A DNA stretch of 64,000 bases from the IMG/VR virus record IMGVR_UViG_3300048925_000594; one strand, 5' to 3'. The stretch is from an uncultured virus (IMG/VR IMGVR_UViG_3300048925_000594). Its lineage: Duplodnaviria; Heunggongvirae; Uroviricota; Caudoviricetes. Made by a program: the position numbers and the translations under genes. Below, piece by piece: positions 19,732 to 30,617 of the stretch (position 1 is its first letter; every line of letters begins with the position of its first letter). Under the pieces are notes generated by a model, which saw nothing but the letters and a program-made list of their open reading frames with translations, did not search any database and was not told where the DNA came from.

Positions 19732-20912
19732 AAGATGTATTTAGTACATATATTCAAGAGTTATATACAAGGTATGAAAAAGAAGAGGGGGATAAAGCTA
19801 TGATTACTAAAATTGCTTTTCTTATTTATCCGATTTTAAAAGAGATGGGATTCGGTAGTACTGGTTCGGTTGCTCTTGTGACAAATACAGAAAATGCAAG
19901 AAAAATAGTAATGCGTGATTTAAGTGGGCTATCGGAATACAGTTTATATCCAATTACAATTTCGCCGAAAGAGATTAAGCGACTCATGAATGATGCGGAA
20001 TATGAACTACTAGCTTTTGCATATGTAAGAGGTTCAAACAGCATAAGTAATCTTGAAATGCTGAAGGCAGCGTGCCATGCTGAAGCGATTCCAGACCATA
20101 AGTTCACAGCGTTGCCAATAATTACTTTTTGTGGGGGGATTCCAGATGATGCCAAAGACCTTTTAACTGGACAGATAAGTATTCAACCGAAAGCAGACGC
20201 CATACTTGCAGGAGTTCACAATAATGACTGCGGAGTAAATTTCTCGAGGATGATAATAGAATTTGTTTGCTGCAAATGGGCTGTATTGCAAATGGGGATA
20301 AGCAGATTGTCAGAGGACAGCTCCTTCCAAAGGACAGAGCTTGATAATCCAGGGGTGGGTATGTTTTTTATCGCAGAAAAACTGTTAGAAGTGTTTCTAG
20401 AGTGCAACAAATATTCTCCTGAAGAAAAAGAGATGCTTGCTTTGCAATGGCAAAGTTCTTTGAAGAGTATTGTAAATGAGTGGCAGATTATTTCGGATGG
20501 CTTGCCATGGCTGGAGGTTCTATGTAATATGATTCGCGGTGCGAACACAAAAGTTTCAGGAATCCTTGACCGAAATCAGGTGAGTGCTTGTGAAATAGTT
20601 AACGTTGATACAAAGCCGCTATACGATGATCATTATTATTATTTGTCCAGCAATATTTTTGATGAACTCTGTTTGCCAATTACTGAGTCGATAAGTCTGA
20701 AACAAATAAAGGGGTTATTGAACGAATCAGGAATTTTGATAGGAGAGGGAAGGGAAAGGCAATACCTAACGGTAAAAGTACCTGTTATCACGGAATATGG
20801 TACGATTCTATATCCAAGAAAGATTCGATTGTGTAGGGAGTGGCTTGATCCTGTCGGCGAATTGACCTGGAAAGAAATAATAGAGGCTAATGTAGAAAGT
20901 GAGGAAGATTAA
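19722..20912 (+). CDS. Hypothetical protein (about 396 aa)
   Basis: Long ORF coupled to neighbours; GAGGTG RBS. Confidence 0.6.
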   Translation: MDVKDVFSTYIQELYTRYEKEEGDKAMITKIAFLIYPILKEMGFGSTGSVALVTNTENARKIVMRDLSGLSEYSLYPITISPKEIKRLMNDAEYELLAFAYVRGSNSISNLEMLKAACHAEAIPDHKFTALPIITFCGGIPDDAKDLLTGQISIQPKADAILAGVHNNDCGVNFSRMIIEFVCCKWAVLQMGISRLSEDSSFQRTELDNPGVGMFFIAEKLLEVFLECNKYSPEEKEMLALQWQSSLKSIVNEWQIISDGLPWLEVLCNMIRGANTKVSGILDRNQVSACEIVNVDTKPLYDDHYYYLSSNIFDELCLPITESISLKQIKGLLNESGILIGEGRERQYLTVKVPVITEYGTILYPRKIRLCREWLDPVGELTWKEIIEANVESEED

Positions 20913-20913
20913 T

Positions 20914-21939
20914 ATGATAACACCAACACTGGGACATGTATTAGGTTTAAATAAAAATATTAAATTATCTCCGTCTGCTTTAAATCAACATATTCTTATT
21001 ACTGGGAAATCGGGAAGTGGAAAGACTGTGGCGCTAAAAAAGATAGAGGAAGGTATTGCGTTACAGGGCGGGCGCGTTCTGGTATTGAATTTTAGCGGAA
21101 CACATGATTCGTTGCAGGATAAGAGTGGAGTAAAATTTATCAACGCACGTACAGATGGAATTCCCTTATCGTTATTCTCTCCTGTAATTCGTTCGGATGG
21201 GAACAGGGAAGATGCCGATGATATTTGTGAAGCAGTAGTTGACGTGTTTTCAAATCTAGGGAAATTTGGAAGCAACCAGAAACGTATTCTTTCAAGGGCC
21301 TGTTATAAAGCAATAGAAAATCGTATGCTTTGGGATAATGATATGGATTGCTTGTATGCTTTTCTTGAAGAGAGCGATGATGATGGAAGCCAGGGAATTA
21401 TCGACAAATTCTGGAATGTGTTGAGAAAAGGGAAGTTTATAGAAAAGGGTATATTATGGGAAAAAGAAGCAATTACCGTAATAGACTTTTCAGAATTTAA
21501 TTTATCATCACAAGTGCAGCTTGCCGAAATGGTCATTGCAATTCTGTGGCGTCAGCATAGAATTAACGGAAAGCAGGCAGAGGAACCCGTATGGCTTGTT
21601 TGTGATGAATTCCAATCTCTGAATTTAAAAGAAGGGTCTGTGCTAACGCAAATTCTTCGTGAAGGCAGAAAGTTTAAGCTATCTCTTCTGATGGCTACGC
21701 AGACGCTATCATCATTTGATGTCGGCTGTCGTGCTATTCTGCAGCAAGCTGGGACGAAGCTCTATTTTCGCCCATCCGAAAGTGATGTTCGAAAGGTATC
21801 AAAGGATATACCGGGTATTCAACAGGAGAAAGTACAGCAGTTACTTCATGGTTTGACAGTTGGTGAATGCGTTGCCATAGGAGAATTCCTGATTGGAACT
21901 CTCAGTGTGGATAAGGTTTTAAAACTCTCTTTTCGTTAG
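20914..21939 (+). CDS. HerA/FtsK/VirB4-superfamily P-loop ATPase
   Basis: HILITGKSGSGKT Walker A, LVCDEFQ Walker B, REGRKF...MATQ motif; no transmembrane segment. Confidence 0.85.
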   Translation: MITPTLGHVLGLNKNIKLSPSALNQHILITGKSGSGKTVALKKIEEGIALQGGRVLVLNFSGTHDSLQDKSGVKFINARTDGIPLSLFSPVIRSDGNREDADDICEAVVDVFSNLGKFGSNQKRILSRACYKAIENRMLWDNDMDCLYAFLEESDDDGSQGIIDKFWNVLRKGKFIEKGILWEKEAITVIDFSEFNLSSQVQLAEMVIAILWRQHRINGKQAEEPVWLVCDEFQSLNLKEGSVLTQILREGRKFKLSLLMATQTLSSFDVGCRAILQQAGTKLYFRPSESDVRKVSKDIPGIQQEKVQQLLHGLTVGECVAIGEFLIGTLSVDKVLKLSFR

Positions 21940-21963
21940 AGGATATGGTAAGGAGGAATCACT

Positions 21964-22161
21964 ATGAAAGTGGAAGTGCCATTGTGGGAAAAATCTAATT
22001 TAACGCTGGAGGAGGCTGCACTTTATTCCGGAATTGGACAGGCTAAACTAAGAGAATTGACCAATGACGAAAAGTGTCCGTTTGTTCTCTGGAATGGCTC
22101 GAAACGGTTGCTAAAACGCCGAAAGTTGGATGAATATACCGATAAGGCGTATTCGCTCTAA
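21964..22161 (+). CDS. xis: Tn916-type excisionase
   Basis: VPLWEKSNLTLEEAA.YSGIG..KLREL resembles Tn916 Xis; directly upstream of integrase. Confidence 0.88.
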   Translation: MKVEVPLWEKSNLTLEEAALYSGIGQAKLRELTNDEKCPFVLWNGSKRLLKRRKLDEYTDKAYSL

Positions 22162-22234
22162 AGTCAAGGAGTCATATGGTAATATGAAAATTGCCTTATG
22201 GCTCCTCTTTATAAAAAGGAAGGGGATTAGTTAC

Positions 22235-23491
22235 ATGGCAGGAAATGACAAAAGAAAAGATAAGGATAGAAAGGTACTCCGCACAGGAGAAGGGCAGAGG
22301 AAAGACGGTTATTATATTTATCGTTGGACTTCCAGAAACGGAAAGCGTCATTGCTTAACAGCAAAAACTTTGACAGAACTCAGGGAAAAAGAAGATGCCA
22401 TCACGAAAGATAAGAGTGATGGCATCAGAGTAGATGCTCAAAATGTGACGGTAAATGATATATTCAATTTATGGTGTAGCATGAAGCGTGGCTTGAAAGA
22501 TAACACATTTCAAAATTATAAATATATGTATGGAATGTTTGTTGAACCGGATTTTGGAAAGCTTCGCATAGTCACCTTGAAAAAATCTGATGTAAAGCAT
22601 TTTTATAATCTTCTGGCAGAAGAAAGATATCTTAAAGTCAGTACGATAGATTCCATACATACTGTGCTTCATCAGGTACTGACTGTTGCTGTAGATGATG
22701 GATATATTCGCAATAATCCGGCCGATAATGTTCTAAAAGAGTTAAAACTTTCCCACAACTTTGATACTGAAAAGAGAAAGGCTCTGACGGTTGAGGAACA
22801 GGAACTTTTTCTGAATTATTTAAGACGGAATCATCAATACAGCCATTGGCATCCTATATTTGCAGTAATGATAGGGACTGGTATGAGAGTTGGGGAAGTG
22901 ACTGGGCTAAGGTGGGAAGATGTAAACCTGGAAGATGGTCTGATTGATATTAATCACACGTTGGTGTATTATAATCATGAGGTCGATGGATGCTATTTCA
23001 ATATCCATACGCCAAAGACTAAGGCAGGAAAAAGACAGATTCCCATGCTTAACTATGTAAAAGAAGCATTTCTGGAAGAAAAGCAGTATCAGGAGTTTAA
23101 TAATATTCATTGTGAGGTAACGATTGATGGATATACGAATTTTATATTCATTAATCGTTTCGGATCGGTTCAGCATCAAGGTACATTAAATAAAGCTTTG
23201 CGCCGGATTATAAGAGATTGTAATGATGAACAGTTGGCTAAGAATATAAAGAATCCTGTTTTGCTGCCAAGATTTAGCTGTCATTCACTGCGTCATACGT
23301 TTACAACACGCCTTATAGAGAACAATGTTAATCTGAAGGTTATCCAGGATGCTTTGGGACATAAAGATGTCCAGACTACATTAAATATATACGCTGATGT
23401 AACGACTGCATTGAAAAAGAAAGAATTTGGCAATTTGGAAAATAAAATGATGCGGAAAGAAGTTATTGAGGAAGAGAATGATGGGAAATAG
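22235..23491 (+). CDS. int: Tn916-like tyrosine integrase
   Basis: N-terminal arm-binding domain (LRTGEGQRKDGYY.YR); TGMRVGE, HSLRHTF, LGH...T..IY catalytic motifs. Confidence 0.95.
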   Translation: MAGNDKRKDKDRKVLRTGEGQRKDGYYIYRWTSRNGKRHCLTAKTLTELREKEDAITKDKSDGIRVDAQNVTVNDIFNLWCSMKRGLKDNTFQNYKYMYGMFVEPDFGKLRIVTLKKSDVKHFYNLLAEERYLKVSTIDSIHTVLHQVLTVAVDDGYIRNNPADNVLKELKLSHNFDTEKRKALTVEEQELFLNYLRRNHQYSHWHPIFAVMIGTGMRVGEVTGLRWEDVNLEDGLIDINHTLVYYNHEVDGCYFNIHTPKTKAGKRQIPMLNYVKEAFLEEKQYQEFNNIHCEVTIDGYTNFIFINRFGSVQHQGTLNKALRRIIRDCNDEQLAKNIKNPVLLPRFSCHSLRHTFTTRLIENNVNLKVIQDALGHKDVQTTLNIYADVTTALKKKEFGNLENKMMRKEVIEEENDGK

Positions 23492-23639
23492 GTTTTTTGT
23501 ACTAAAGTTAACAAGCTTCTATAAAGATTTTGGAGACTTATGAATTGACGGATAAGCATGATAGTTCTGAAATTAGGGGCATTTCATACCTTCAAAACCT
23601 ATTTCGCCGCCAAAGCCCTTTCGCCTGCCTAGTGCCAGC

Positions 23640-23980
23640 TGTTGCGCTGCTAATACGGTGTCTTATTTATTTACAAAGGTGCGGTATTGCTTCGGACATT
23701 ATCAGCCGATGTATCAGAGATGGTATTTTATATGAAAAAAAGCAATACCATAACTGTGTATTTGAAGGAGGAAGTATGGAGGGATTGGCACGGTTTTCCT
23801 GTTCGAGCAGTATATCAATTAGATATCGAATTGATGTGGAAGGAAGCGATAAAACGTACTATTTTCATGTGACTGCTATAAATTCGTATAGCGTGTTTTA
23901 GCTTGTAGCAAAAAGTCCTATTGTTGTACTTTCTGTTGCCACTCTGCTGAACCAGCAGGGAGTCGATAGGAGAAAGCTTT
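23640..23980 (+). pseudogene. Degenerate DUF3991/Toprim-type gene fragment
   Basis: YLQRCGI...GILYE..QYHNCVF.G...DVEGSDK.Y.F resembles the DUF3991 region; interrupted by a stop, no good start. Confidence 0.5.
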
Positions 23981-24081
23981 AAAAAGACTCAAATGGTGAC
24001 GGGTGAATATGTTACGATTGATTTGATTTATCTTTAAGTAAAAGAACGCGCCCCCGACCAATTTGAATTGGTCAGGGGAGT

Positions 24082-24702
24082 TTACTTGTTGCAAATTGCT
24101 TCTACATAATCTTTTAACATTTCAACATAAAATGTAAAATACGTTTGGGTGCCGCTACGTAGCTGCATAAGATAATCTCCAGGCGCGATATTGGTTTGGG
24201 AAATATTCTGCATCAGTAATCGATTATACTGTTTTAGGCTTTTTTCTGATACATGAGAAATTCGATTCCTTATTGTTTTCATAGCTAACATTTCAGGGGG
24301 TGGGGCAACCAACGTCGCAAATGGTCCAGAATTATCAAAATAAATTCCGGCTAATTGATTGACATCATCTATGTTAGTCCAATCTGGATAGTTTTTTGTA
24401 CCCTTTAACATATTATAGGCATGCTCATTATCCTTGGGATTTCCAAATTTAATATATACAGTTCCTTTTAAATCCGTTTCACCTTGCAAATATATTATAA
24501 AAGACTTTTCTAAGAATGTTTCCCATGCCAAGTATATTCGCATGAAGCTTTGCTCAACGATTGCATTATACATGCCATGGGAAAACAATTGTTGATTAGG
24601 TGGCACATTATTTTGTAAAAGAGTAGTACTGTCTACAATCATAGAGCATTGAAAATTATAGACAGCCATAAAATCATCGTATATGTTTTGAATATTAGCC
24701 AT
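24082..24702 (-). CDS. HEPN-domain protein (putative RNase effector)
   Basis: RNRISH (Rx4H) motif and upstream IYLAWETF helix; follows the DUF262 gene. Confidence 0.72.
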   Translation of the reverse strand: MANIQNIYDDFMAVYNFQCSMIVDSTTLLQNNVPPNQQLFSHGMYNAIVEQSFMRIYLAWETFLEKSFIIYLQGETDLKGTVYIKFGNPKDNEHAYNMLKGTKNYPDWTNIDDVNQLAGIYFDNSGPFATLVAPPPEMLAMKTIRNRISHVSEKSLKQYNRLLMQNISQTNIAPGDYLMQLRSGTQTYFTFYVEMLKDYVEAICNK

Positions 24703-24717
24703 CTTTAAGCCCCTTTC

Positions 24718-25788
24718 TTATAAGTCAGAAAAGGCTTTATTTAGCTGATTAATAATATACTTTGTTCTCGTTGTTCTGGAATCATTATCCGATGTGGCAC
24801 GAGAAATTGAGGTAACAAACTCTAGTTGTTCTCTAGACAGATCCTTGGCATCCAGCAGTTCTTCAATTCGATCCAAGCAGGATTTTATTTTGGATTCAGT
24901 TTTTTCATTTAACTCAATTGGAATAGAAACAGGCAACTTTAAAATATTGTTTTTTAAATTATATAGGGCCAAAAACAAAGCGTAGAATAAAGCGGGCTTT
25001 CTAAATGCAGATTTTCTCAAAGTATCTCCGAAAAGTCGAGTAATAAGAGAAATGGTATCATCAAAAGCATCCTCAAGATCTTCCCTAAGGTCAAACTGAT
25101 CATCATATTTTTTATAATACACTTTTACTCGTTTTCTGTTTTGTATTCCATCTATACAGGCGATAAAGAGGTCTGCCGTCAACTCAACTTCATTCATTCG
25201 CATAGTTTGATATTCAGAAAAAATCTTATTGTCAATCCAAAACTTGTTGTATTTATAACTTACGCTATATATTGACTGTTTGAAGTACCCGTAAAACTCA
25301 GCATTGATAAGTTCCTGCTTATTTAAAGGAGTAGTATAAGTGTTAAGTCTTGCAAAGATATCCATAATTTCTCCGTCTTCAACACCTATAAGTGTGTCCA
25401 CAGAAAACTTATATGTTAAAACTCTACTTTGGGCATCTTCATCCAGCTGAGAAAAATACTTCTCTCCATGTTCTTGATTATGAACTTTTTTCACTTTAAA
25501 TCCATCATTGATATAGTCAAGAATGGTTCGTAATCTTTGCTGTCCATCTACCACTTCCCTGATGGTAGTCCTTGTTTTGATGTCTGTCAATTGCCGAATA
25601 AATATCTTAGGTAAGGGCTTACCTCTTAAAATGCTGTCAATAAGAAAGGATTTTGCAACATCCTTCCATACAGATCTACGCTGGAATTTTGGAGAAAGAA
25701 CTAACTGCTTTCTTTCATGCCACTCTAAAAAATCATTAACAGAATATGTTGTCGAATCAAAGCCTTTCATTTTTACCACCATCCTCAT
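24718..25788 (-). CDS. DUF262 (GmrS/ParB-like) domain protein
   Basis: PKFQRRSVW, LIDSILRG.PLP, VVDGQQRL, IFARLN motifs. Confidence 0.9.
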   Translation of the reverse strand: MRMVVKMKGFDSTTYSVNDFLEWHERKQLVLSPKFQRRSVWKDVAKSFLIDSILRGKPLPKIFIRQLTDIKTRTTIREVVDGQQRLRTILDYINDGFKVKKVHNQEHGEKYFSQLDEDAQSRVLTYKFSVDTLIGVEDGEIMDIFARLNTYTTPLNKQELINAEFYGYFKQSIYSVSYKYNKFWIDNKIFSEYQTMRMNEVELTADLFIACIDGIQNRKRVKVYYKKYDDQFDLREDLEDAFDDTISLITRLFGDTLRKSAFRKPALFYALFLALYNLKNNILKLPVSIPIELNEKTESKIKSCLDRIEELLDAKDLSREQLEFVTSISRATSDNDSRTTRTKYIINQLNKAFSDL

Positions 25789-25989
25789 CTTATCACCTCC
25801 TTATTTTACAATATTATGCTACAATACGCACTAATATATTTGTAAAAATAAGAAGGTTCTTAATAAATGTTTTTCTTTAGTTTGTAAACGTTCAACTGCT
25901 GCTTTTCTTTACTTTGGCTCACTCGCCTTGAGTCGTGTATTATGTCTAAAATGGTTATCACTATAACGATAGAGATCCTATTTTTTTAT

Positions 25990-26710
25990 AAACTGTATAT
26001 GGATAACCATATGGCACCAAAACTTTTCAGCCAATGCTACAGAGCGTAAATCATGGTAATCCCAACTCGGATATAATTGATGATTTTAACACTTTAAAAC
26101 TAATCGTAAGCCACAAACTGTGGCAAGTCCCTTTAGCCTAAATGGGGTTTTGTGTCGATTTTAATTCAAACCCACCATCATACACGGTATAAGAGGAGGC
26201 TCCGGTAATTAACTTGCCTCGATGAATAACAGCGGTACCAATACCTCTTGCTTTATAATTAGCGTAGTCTAAGAATTGTGAACACAGATCCCTCGACCAA
26301 TATTTACTCATCAAAAGAACAAATATTCTTCGTCAATCATCTTCAGCATGTACATTTCTGGTAAAAACTTTGCACACTTTTTCAGCTTTTCATTATCAAA
26401 AACAATTGCTTCTTTTTTTGATGTAAAAACGCTGAGTTCTTTCCACTCCGCTCGCCCATACGTTCTCTATATATTCCCCCAAAAAAACTTTCATTGCGAG
26501 GAACAATAATTGGTGTATTTGACTTGACTATAAGTGCTTGATTTGGCGTTCCAGCAAAAAAACAAAAATCGTCTACCACAATTTGAGCAACTGATGGATT
26601 ATCCTCATTATTAGCAATTATATAATCCATATGTCCTTGCAGGCATGAGTATACCCTGGTTTCACCTCAACCATTAAAAAATGGGGCAATCCGGCGTTTA
26701 TCTATCATAT
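25990..26710 (-). pseudogene. Disrupted GNAT-family acetyltransferase
   Basis: Fragments in different frames read DFCFFAGTPN, GIG...GASSY, KGLATVC, LYPSWD...SVALAEK, with stops and frameshifts. Confidence 0.65.
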
Positions 26711-27488
26711 ACTAAGAATTCTTTCGAGATTAACAGCTTACTAGTAACTGTTGAAACTAACTTTCTATTTTAGTATACCAATTTTTTTTGCAATAGTAAA
26801 TGGAACTTTATGAATAACTTATTTTTAAAAATTCAGTAGAAGACTCTGGATTTAAAAGAGGAAGACTAATATAGCGTTCTATTAGCTAAAGTATCCAATG
26901 CTTATTAATCACTTTTAGGAACAAAACCTTCCATATTTTAAAAGAGATGAATTTTTTCCGTAATTAAGTAGATTCTACAGCACTTTTAATATTGTTTAAG
27001 ATAAAAGTTTTTCGGGACAGATCTACTTAAGCATGGTATAATAAACTCAAATTTCTGAGAATATTACTTGGAATCTTAATTATTGGTAATAAGATTTCAT
27101 ATAAGAGTTCAGAAGTGTGAGTGATGATAGTTCTGGGCGCTGTAACAGGTAAAGATGATGCAATTTATAAAATATGTGTGATTTTACCAGAGGTATTTTT
27201 TGAAGAGACAAAGAGTTGGAGATGTAGAGTACTCTTTGATAATATCGAAGAAGAACTTAAAACGGTCTTAGAGATCATAGTGAAAAAGTGAACAACTTGT
27301 CAATGTCAGATATAGCTTATAAGCTTGCATTTATTCAAATTATTTTATGATTGACTATGGAAAAGTACAAACAGATGAAAAATCCCTGAAAAGAATCTAT
27401 ACATATGCAAAGAATCGGAAATAGTTACTTTTTAAATATCAATTTGAAAAGAGAGCATCTTAAATTTGCAATGGAGGAAGACTGAAAA

Positions 27489-30400
27489 ATGATAAATTAT
27501 GAGGTTGTAGAAGAAATTCATAAGTCAAAGATTTGGAATAATCATATATTTAAAGTTAGAGTAAAGGGAAAAGAGAAGTTATATGTCTTAAAGTTATTCG
27601 GCGGAATTAATGAAAGCTTTCAGAAGTTAATTTTTAATAGAGAAATGGAAGCTCTAAAAGTGTTAAATTCATGTAGTAATATTGTAAAAATTAGGGATAC
27701 AACAGCATCTTTAAAATATAAAGGTGAAAGAAATTATGGCGCTATTCTTATGGATCTTGTCGAAGGTAGAACTTTAGACTGTTATGATTGGCACAAGGTT
27801 ACACAATTAAAGAAATATGAAATCTGTTTCAAAATTCTACAGGCAGTTTATAATGCTCATGCAAATGATGTGATTCATCGAGATCTTAAGCCTCAAAATA
27901 TTATATATGATGATATAAAGGATGAAATTACGATCATTGACTTTGGATCTAGTAAAATAAAAACAATTATTGACAAAGAAACTACAATGCCGATGTTTTC
28001 AGAAAGTTATTCTGCATATGAAGTAATTAAAGGATATGATATTACAGAAAAATGTGATTACTATTCCTTGGGAGCCGTCTTTTTTGAAATTCTTTTATGT
28101 GAAGAGGCAAGTGGTAGCAATCATATGATTGAAATGATAAATAGGAGGATTACTAAAGATTTAGTTAGAGAGATTCTATGTGCAATGTTACAGGAAAATC
28201 CAAGCGATAGACCGGAGTCTATTAGTGATATAATGGATGTTTTTTCAAATATGATTGGCGAACTTAATACATCTGCCAATGAATACTGTATTTTTATTGA
28301 TAGTGATAAACTTCATATATTAAAAAGAAGAACAATAGTTGAAAATCAGATGAATATGTCTCAATTTGTAAACTCTTTTTTAAAAAGAGAATTTGCAGAA
28401 AAATATGGCTATTATGATGAGAAACAAGAAAAGTATATTATAACTGGACTAAATATAGTTATTGAATGTAGTTTTAATGAAACCACAAAAGAAATAGATG
28501 TACTTAAAATAAATGAAATAGCAATTGACCGTAGAAATATTAACATTAAAAGAAGTTTTAAAATAGATGGTAAATTGTCCTTTTTAGATTCGCGTTATAA
28601 AAATTATAATCAAGAGCGCAGAGACAATGGAAAACTTTTGATTATGTTTAAGAATAGACGTGAAGAAAATGAACTGTACAGGGACAGAGAAGAGAAATTT
28701 GATAGATTATTCGGTAATTGGCAAAGTGGGATAGAAGAATCAATTATCAGCGAAAAAGATAAGGTGGCTAAGATTATATATTCTGCGTCATATATTACGA
28801 ATAACCAGATTGTGTTGGAAGTAGATGAATGTCTAAATAAATCCATTGATGAACTAATGCCAAATTCAAAATTTATTGTAGAAGGTGTGGATGATAAAGG
28901 CCAGCCTGTATATTTTGATTTAGGGACACTAGACGATGTAATATGTGAAGATGATAGTGCAAAAATGATTATTCAAATGCCTAAAAAAGCATTAAAAGGA
29001 AATGTTAGAGCTTTGTTGAAAAGGAAAGAAAATGTATTAGAAGATTTTAGGGCTAATACAAGTTCATATAAGCGTCAGCTAAAAGCTATTCATGCATTAA
29101 GAACAGAAGAGTATTCGTCGAGAAATTTAAAGGATATCTTATTAAACGTTGAAGAGCCAGAAGAAATTCCAACGATATTTAATCCTAAATTTATAGAAGA
29201 AAAATTGAACGATTCTCAGAAACAAGCTGTAATTAAAGCACTTAACTCAGAGAATATAGGTTTAATTCAGGGACCGCCTGGAACCGGAAAAACAAAGGTC
29301 ATTAAAGAAATAATCGGGCAGGTAATAAAAAGATCTGTTAAAACAGCGGATAGTCCAAGAATACTTATTGTTTCGCAATCTCATACAGCGGTAGATAATA
29401 TTTTAGAGGGATTGGATAAAATAATTAGTGATGATTTGCAGATAGTCAGAATTGGTGCAGATAAAAATGTATCACCTAAAATTGCCTGTAGATATACTAT
29501 GCCTGCTCATAGAGATATGCTTTTTGAAACAGTTAAAGGTAATATTGGAGAGTATAATAAAAATAGAGAAAAGCTGCTGGAAGGAATCTCTGATCAGAAT
29601 GAGATAGAACGCTGGGAAAATATCAAAGTAATTCAAAAAGATTGGATTGAAAGATCCGTTGAAAAAGACTGTTTAGATTATCAAATGATTCGTAGTGCTA
29701 CAGTAATAGCGGGTACGTGTATTGGTTTCTTGGCAAACAGCTTTGTCAAGGATATGGAATTTGATTATGTTATTATTGATGAAGCAGCTAAGGCAACTAC
29801 ACCCGAATTGTTGGTTTCTATTATAAAAGCGAAAAAAATCATCTTAGTAGGTGATCAAAATCAGCTTCCAGCTTTTGCAGATGAGAGAATATCTCCCACA
29901 ATTGCAAAATTGACAAAAAATCCTGAATATAGAATGTTTGATATTTTATTTGAAACTTTACCAGAATCCCATAAGCAGGTGCTGAGTACGCAGTACAGAA
30001 TGATAGAAAATATTGGAAATCTAATAAGTACAGTATTCTACAAAGGTACAATTGACACTGGTTGTAGTGAGGAAGAAAAATTACATGGATTATCAAGATA
30101 TCAAGGAAATTCAATTATTTGGTTTGATACATCACATAATAAAAGAAAATCTCAAAAGAAAACAAAAGGAAATTCTTTTATGAATGAAGAGGAAAAAAGA
30201 ATAATTTTAGAAATTCTCGAAGATCTAAAAGAAAAGAATGAATTGAAAAATCTTGATATTGGTATTATCACAGGATACGGAGGACAAAAGGATATTCTTA
30301 GAAATTCAGTTAAAGCAATTGGTTATGATAGGATTGCTCAGATTGATATCAATGTATTAGATGCATTTCAAGGACGAGAAAATGACATAATAATGTATAG

Positions 30401-30617
30401 TACAGTTAGAACTAATGATTCAATCGGATTTCTAAAGGAGAAGGAACGTGTAAATGTTGCATTTTCGCGAGCAAAAAAATTGCTCATAATATGTGGTGAT
30501 TTAGAATTCTTTTATAACTATGATGATCCGAATAACAAATTTATTGAGATAATTGACTATATAAGAACCCATGAGCATTGCAAGATTATTCCATGTGAGG
30601 GGGGGGAGGTATTTTGA
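27489..30617 (+). CDS. Ser/Thr kinase - SF1 (Upf1/DNA2-like) helicase fusion, Mokosh type I MkoA-like
   Basis: Kinase HRDLKPQN, DFG, DYYSLG; helicase QGPPGTGKT, IIDEA, GDQNQL, QYRM, DAFQGRE, NVAFSRAK. Confidence 0.88.
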   Translation: MINYEVVEEIHKSKIWNNHIFKVRVKGKEKLYVLKLFGGINESFQKLIFNREMEALKVLNSCSNIVKIRDTTASLKYKGERNYGAILMDLVEGRTLDCYDWHKVTQLKKYEICFKILQAVYNAHANDVIHRDLKPQNIIYDDIKDEITIIDFGSSKIKTIIDKETTMPMFSESYSAYEVIKGYDITEKCDYYSLGAVFFEILLCEEASGSNHMIEMINRRITKDLVREILCAMLQENPSDRPESISDIMDVFSNMIGELNTSANEYCIFIDSDKLHILKRRTIVENQMNMSQFVNSFLKREFAEKYGYYDEKQEKYIITGLNIVIECSFNETTKEIDVLKINEIAIDRRNINIKRSFKIDGKLSFLDSRYKNYNQERRDNGKLLIMFKNRREENELYRDREEKFDRLFGNWQSGIEESIISEKDKVAKIIYSASYITNNQIVLEVDECLNKSIDELMPNSKFIVEGVDDKGQPVYFDLGTLDDVICEDDSAKMIIQMPKKALKGNVRALLKRKENVLEDFRANTSSYKRQLKAIHALRTEEYSSRNLKDILLNVEEPEEIPTIFNPKFIEEKLNDSQKQAVIKALNSENIGLIQGPPGTGKTKVIKEIIGQVIKRSVKTADSPRILIVSQSHTAVDNILEGLDKIISDDLQIVRIGADKNVSPKIACRYTMPAHRDMLFETVKGNIGEYNKNREKLLEGISDQNEIERWENIKVIQKDWIERSVEKDCLDYQMIRSATVIAGTCIGFLANSFVKDMEFDYVIIDEAAKATTPELLVSIIKAKKIILVGDQNQLPAFADERISPTIAKLTKNPEYRMFDILFETLPESHKQVLSTQYRMIENIGNLISTVFYKGTIDTGCSEEEKLHGLSRYQGNSIIWFDTSHNKRKSQKKTKGNSFMNEEEKRIILEILEDLKEKNELKNLDIGIITGYGGQKDILRNSVKAIGYDRIAQIDINVLDAFQGRENDIIMYSTVRTNDSIGFLKEKERVNVAFSRAKKLLIICGDLEFFYNYDDPNNKFIEIIDYIRTHEHCKIIPCEGGEVF

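Noticed and set aside
19690..20890. Similar C-terminal TWKE(V/I) motif in two adjacent hypothetical proteins
   Set aside because: Too short, and partly explained by purine-rich RBS sequence for the next gene
22130..22234. N-terminal extension of the integrase in the ORF track
   Set aside because: Overlaps xis and a hairpin; RBS and family pattern support the ATG at 22235
27120..27440. Short ORF fragments upstream of the kinase-helicase
   Set aside because: Interrupted and unrecognisable; cannot support a gene or pseudogene call
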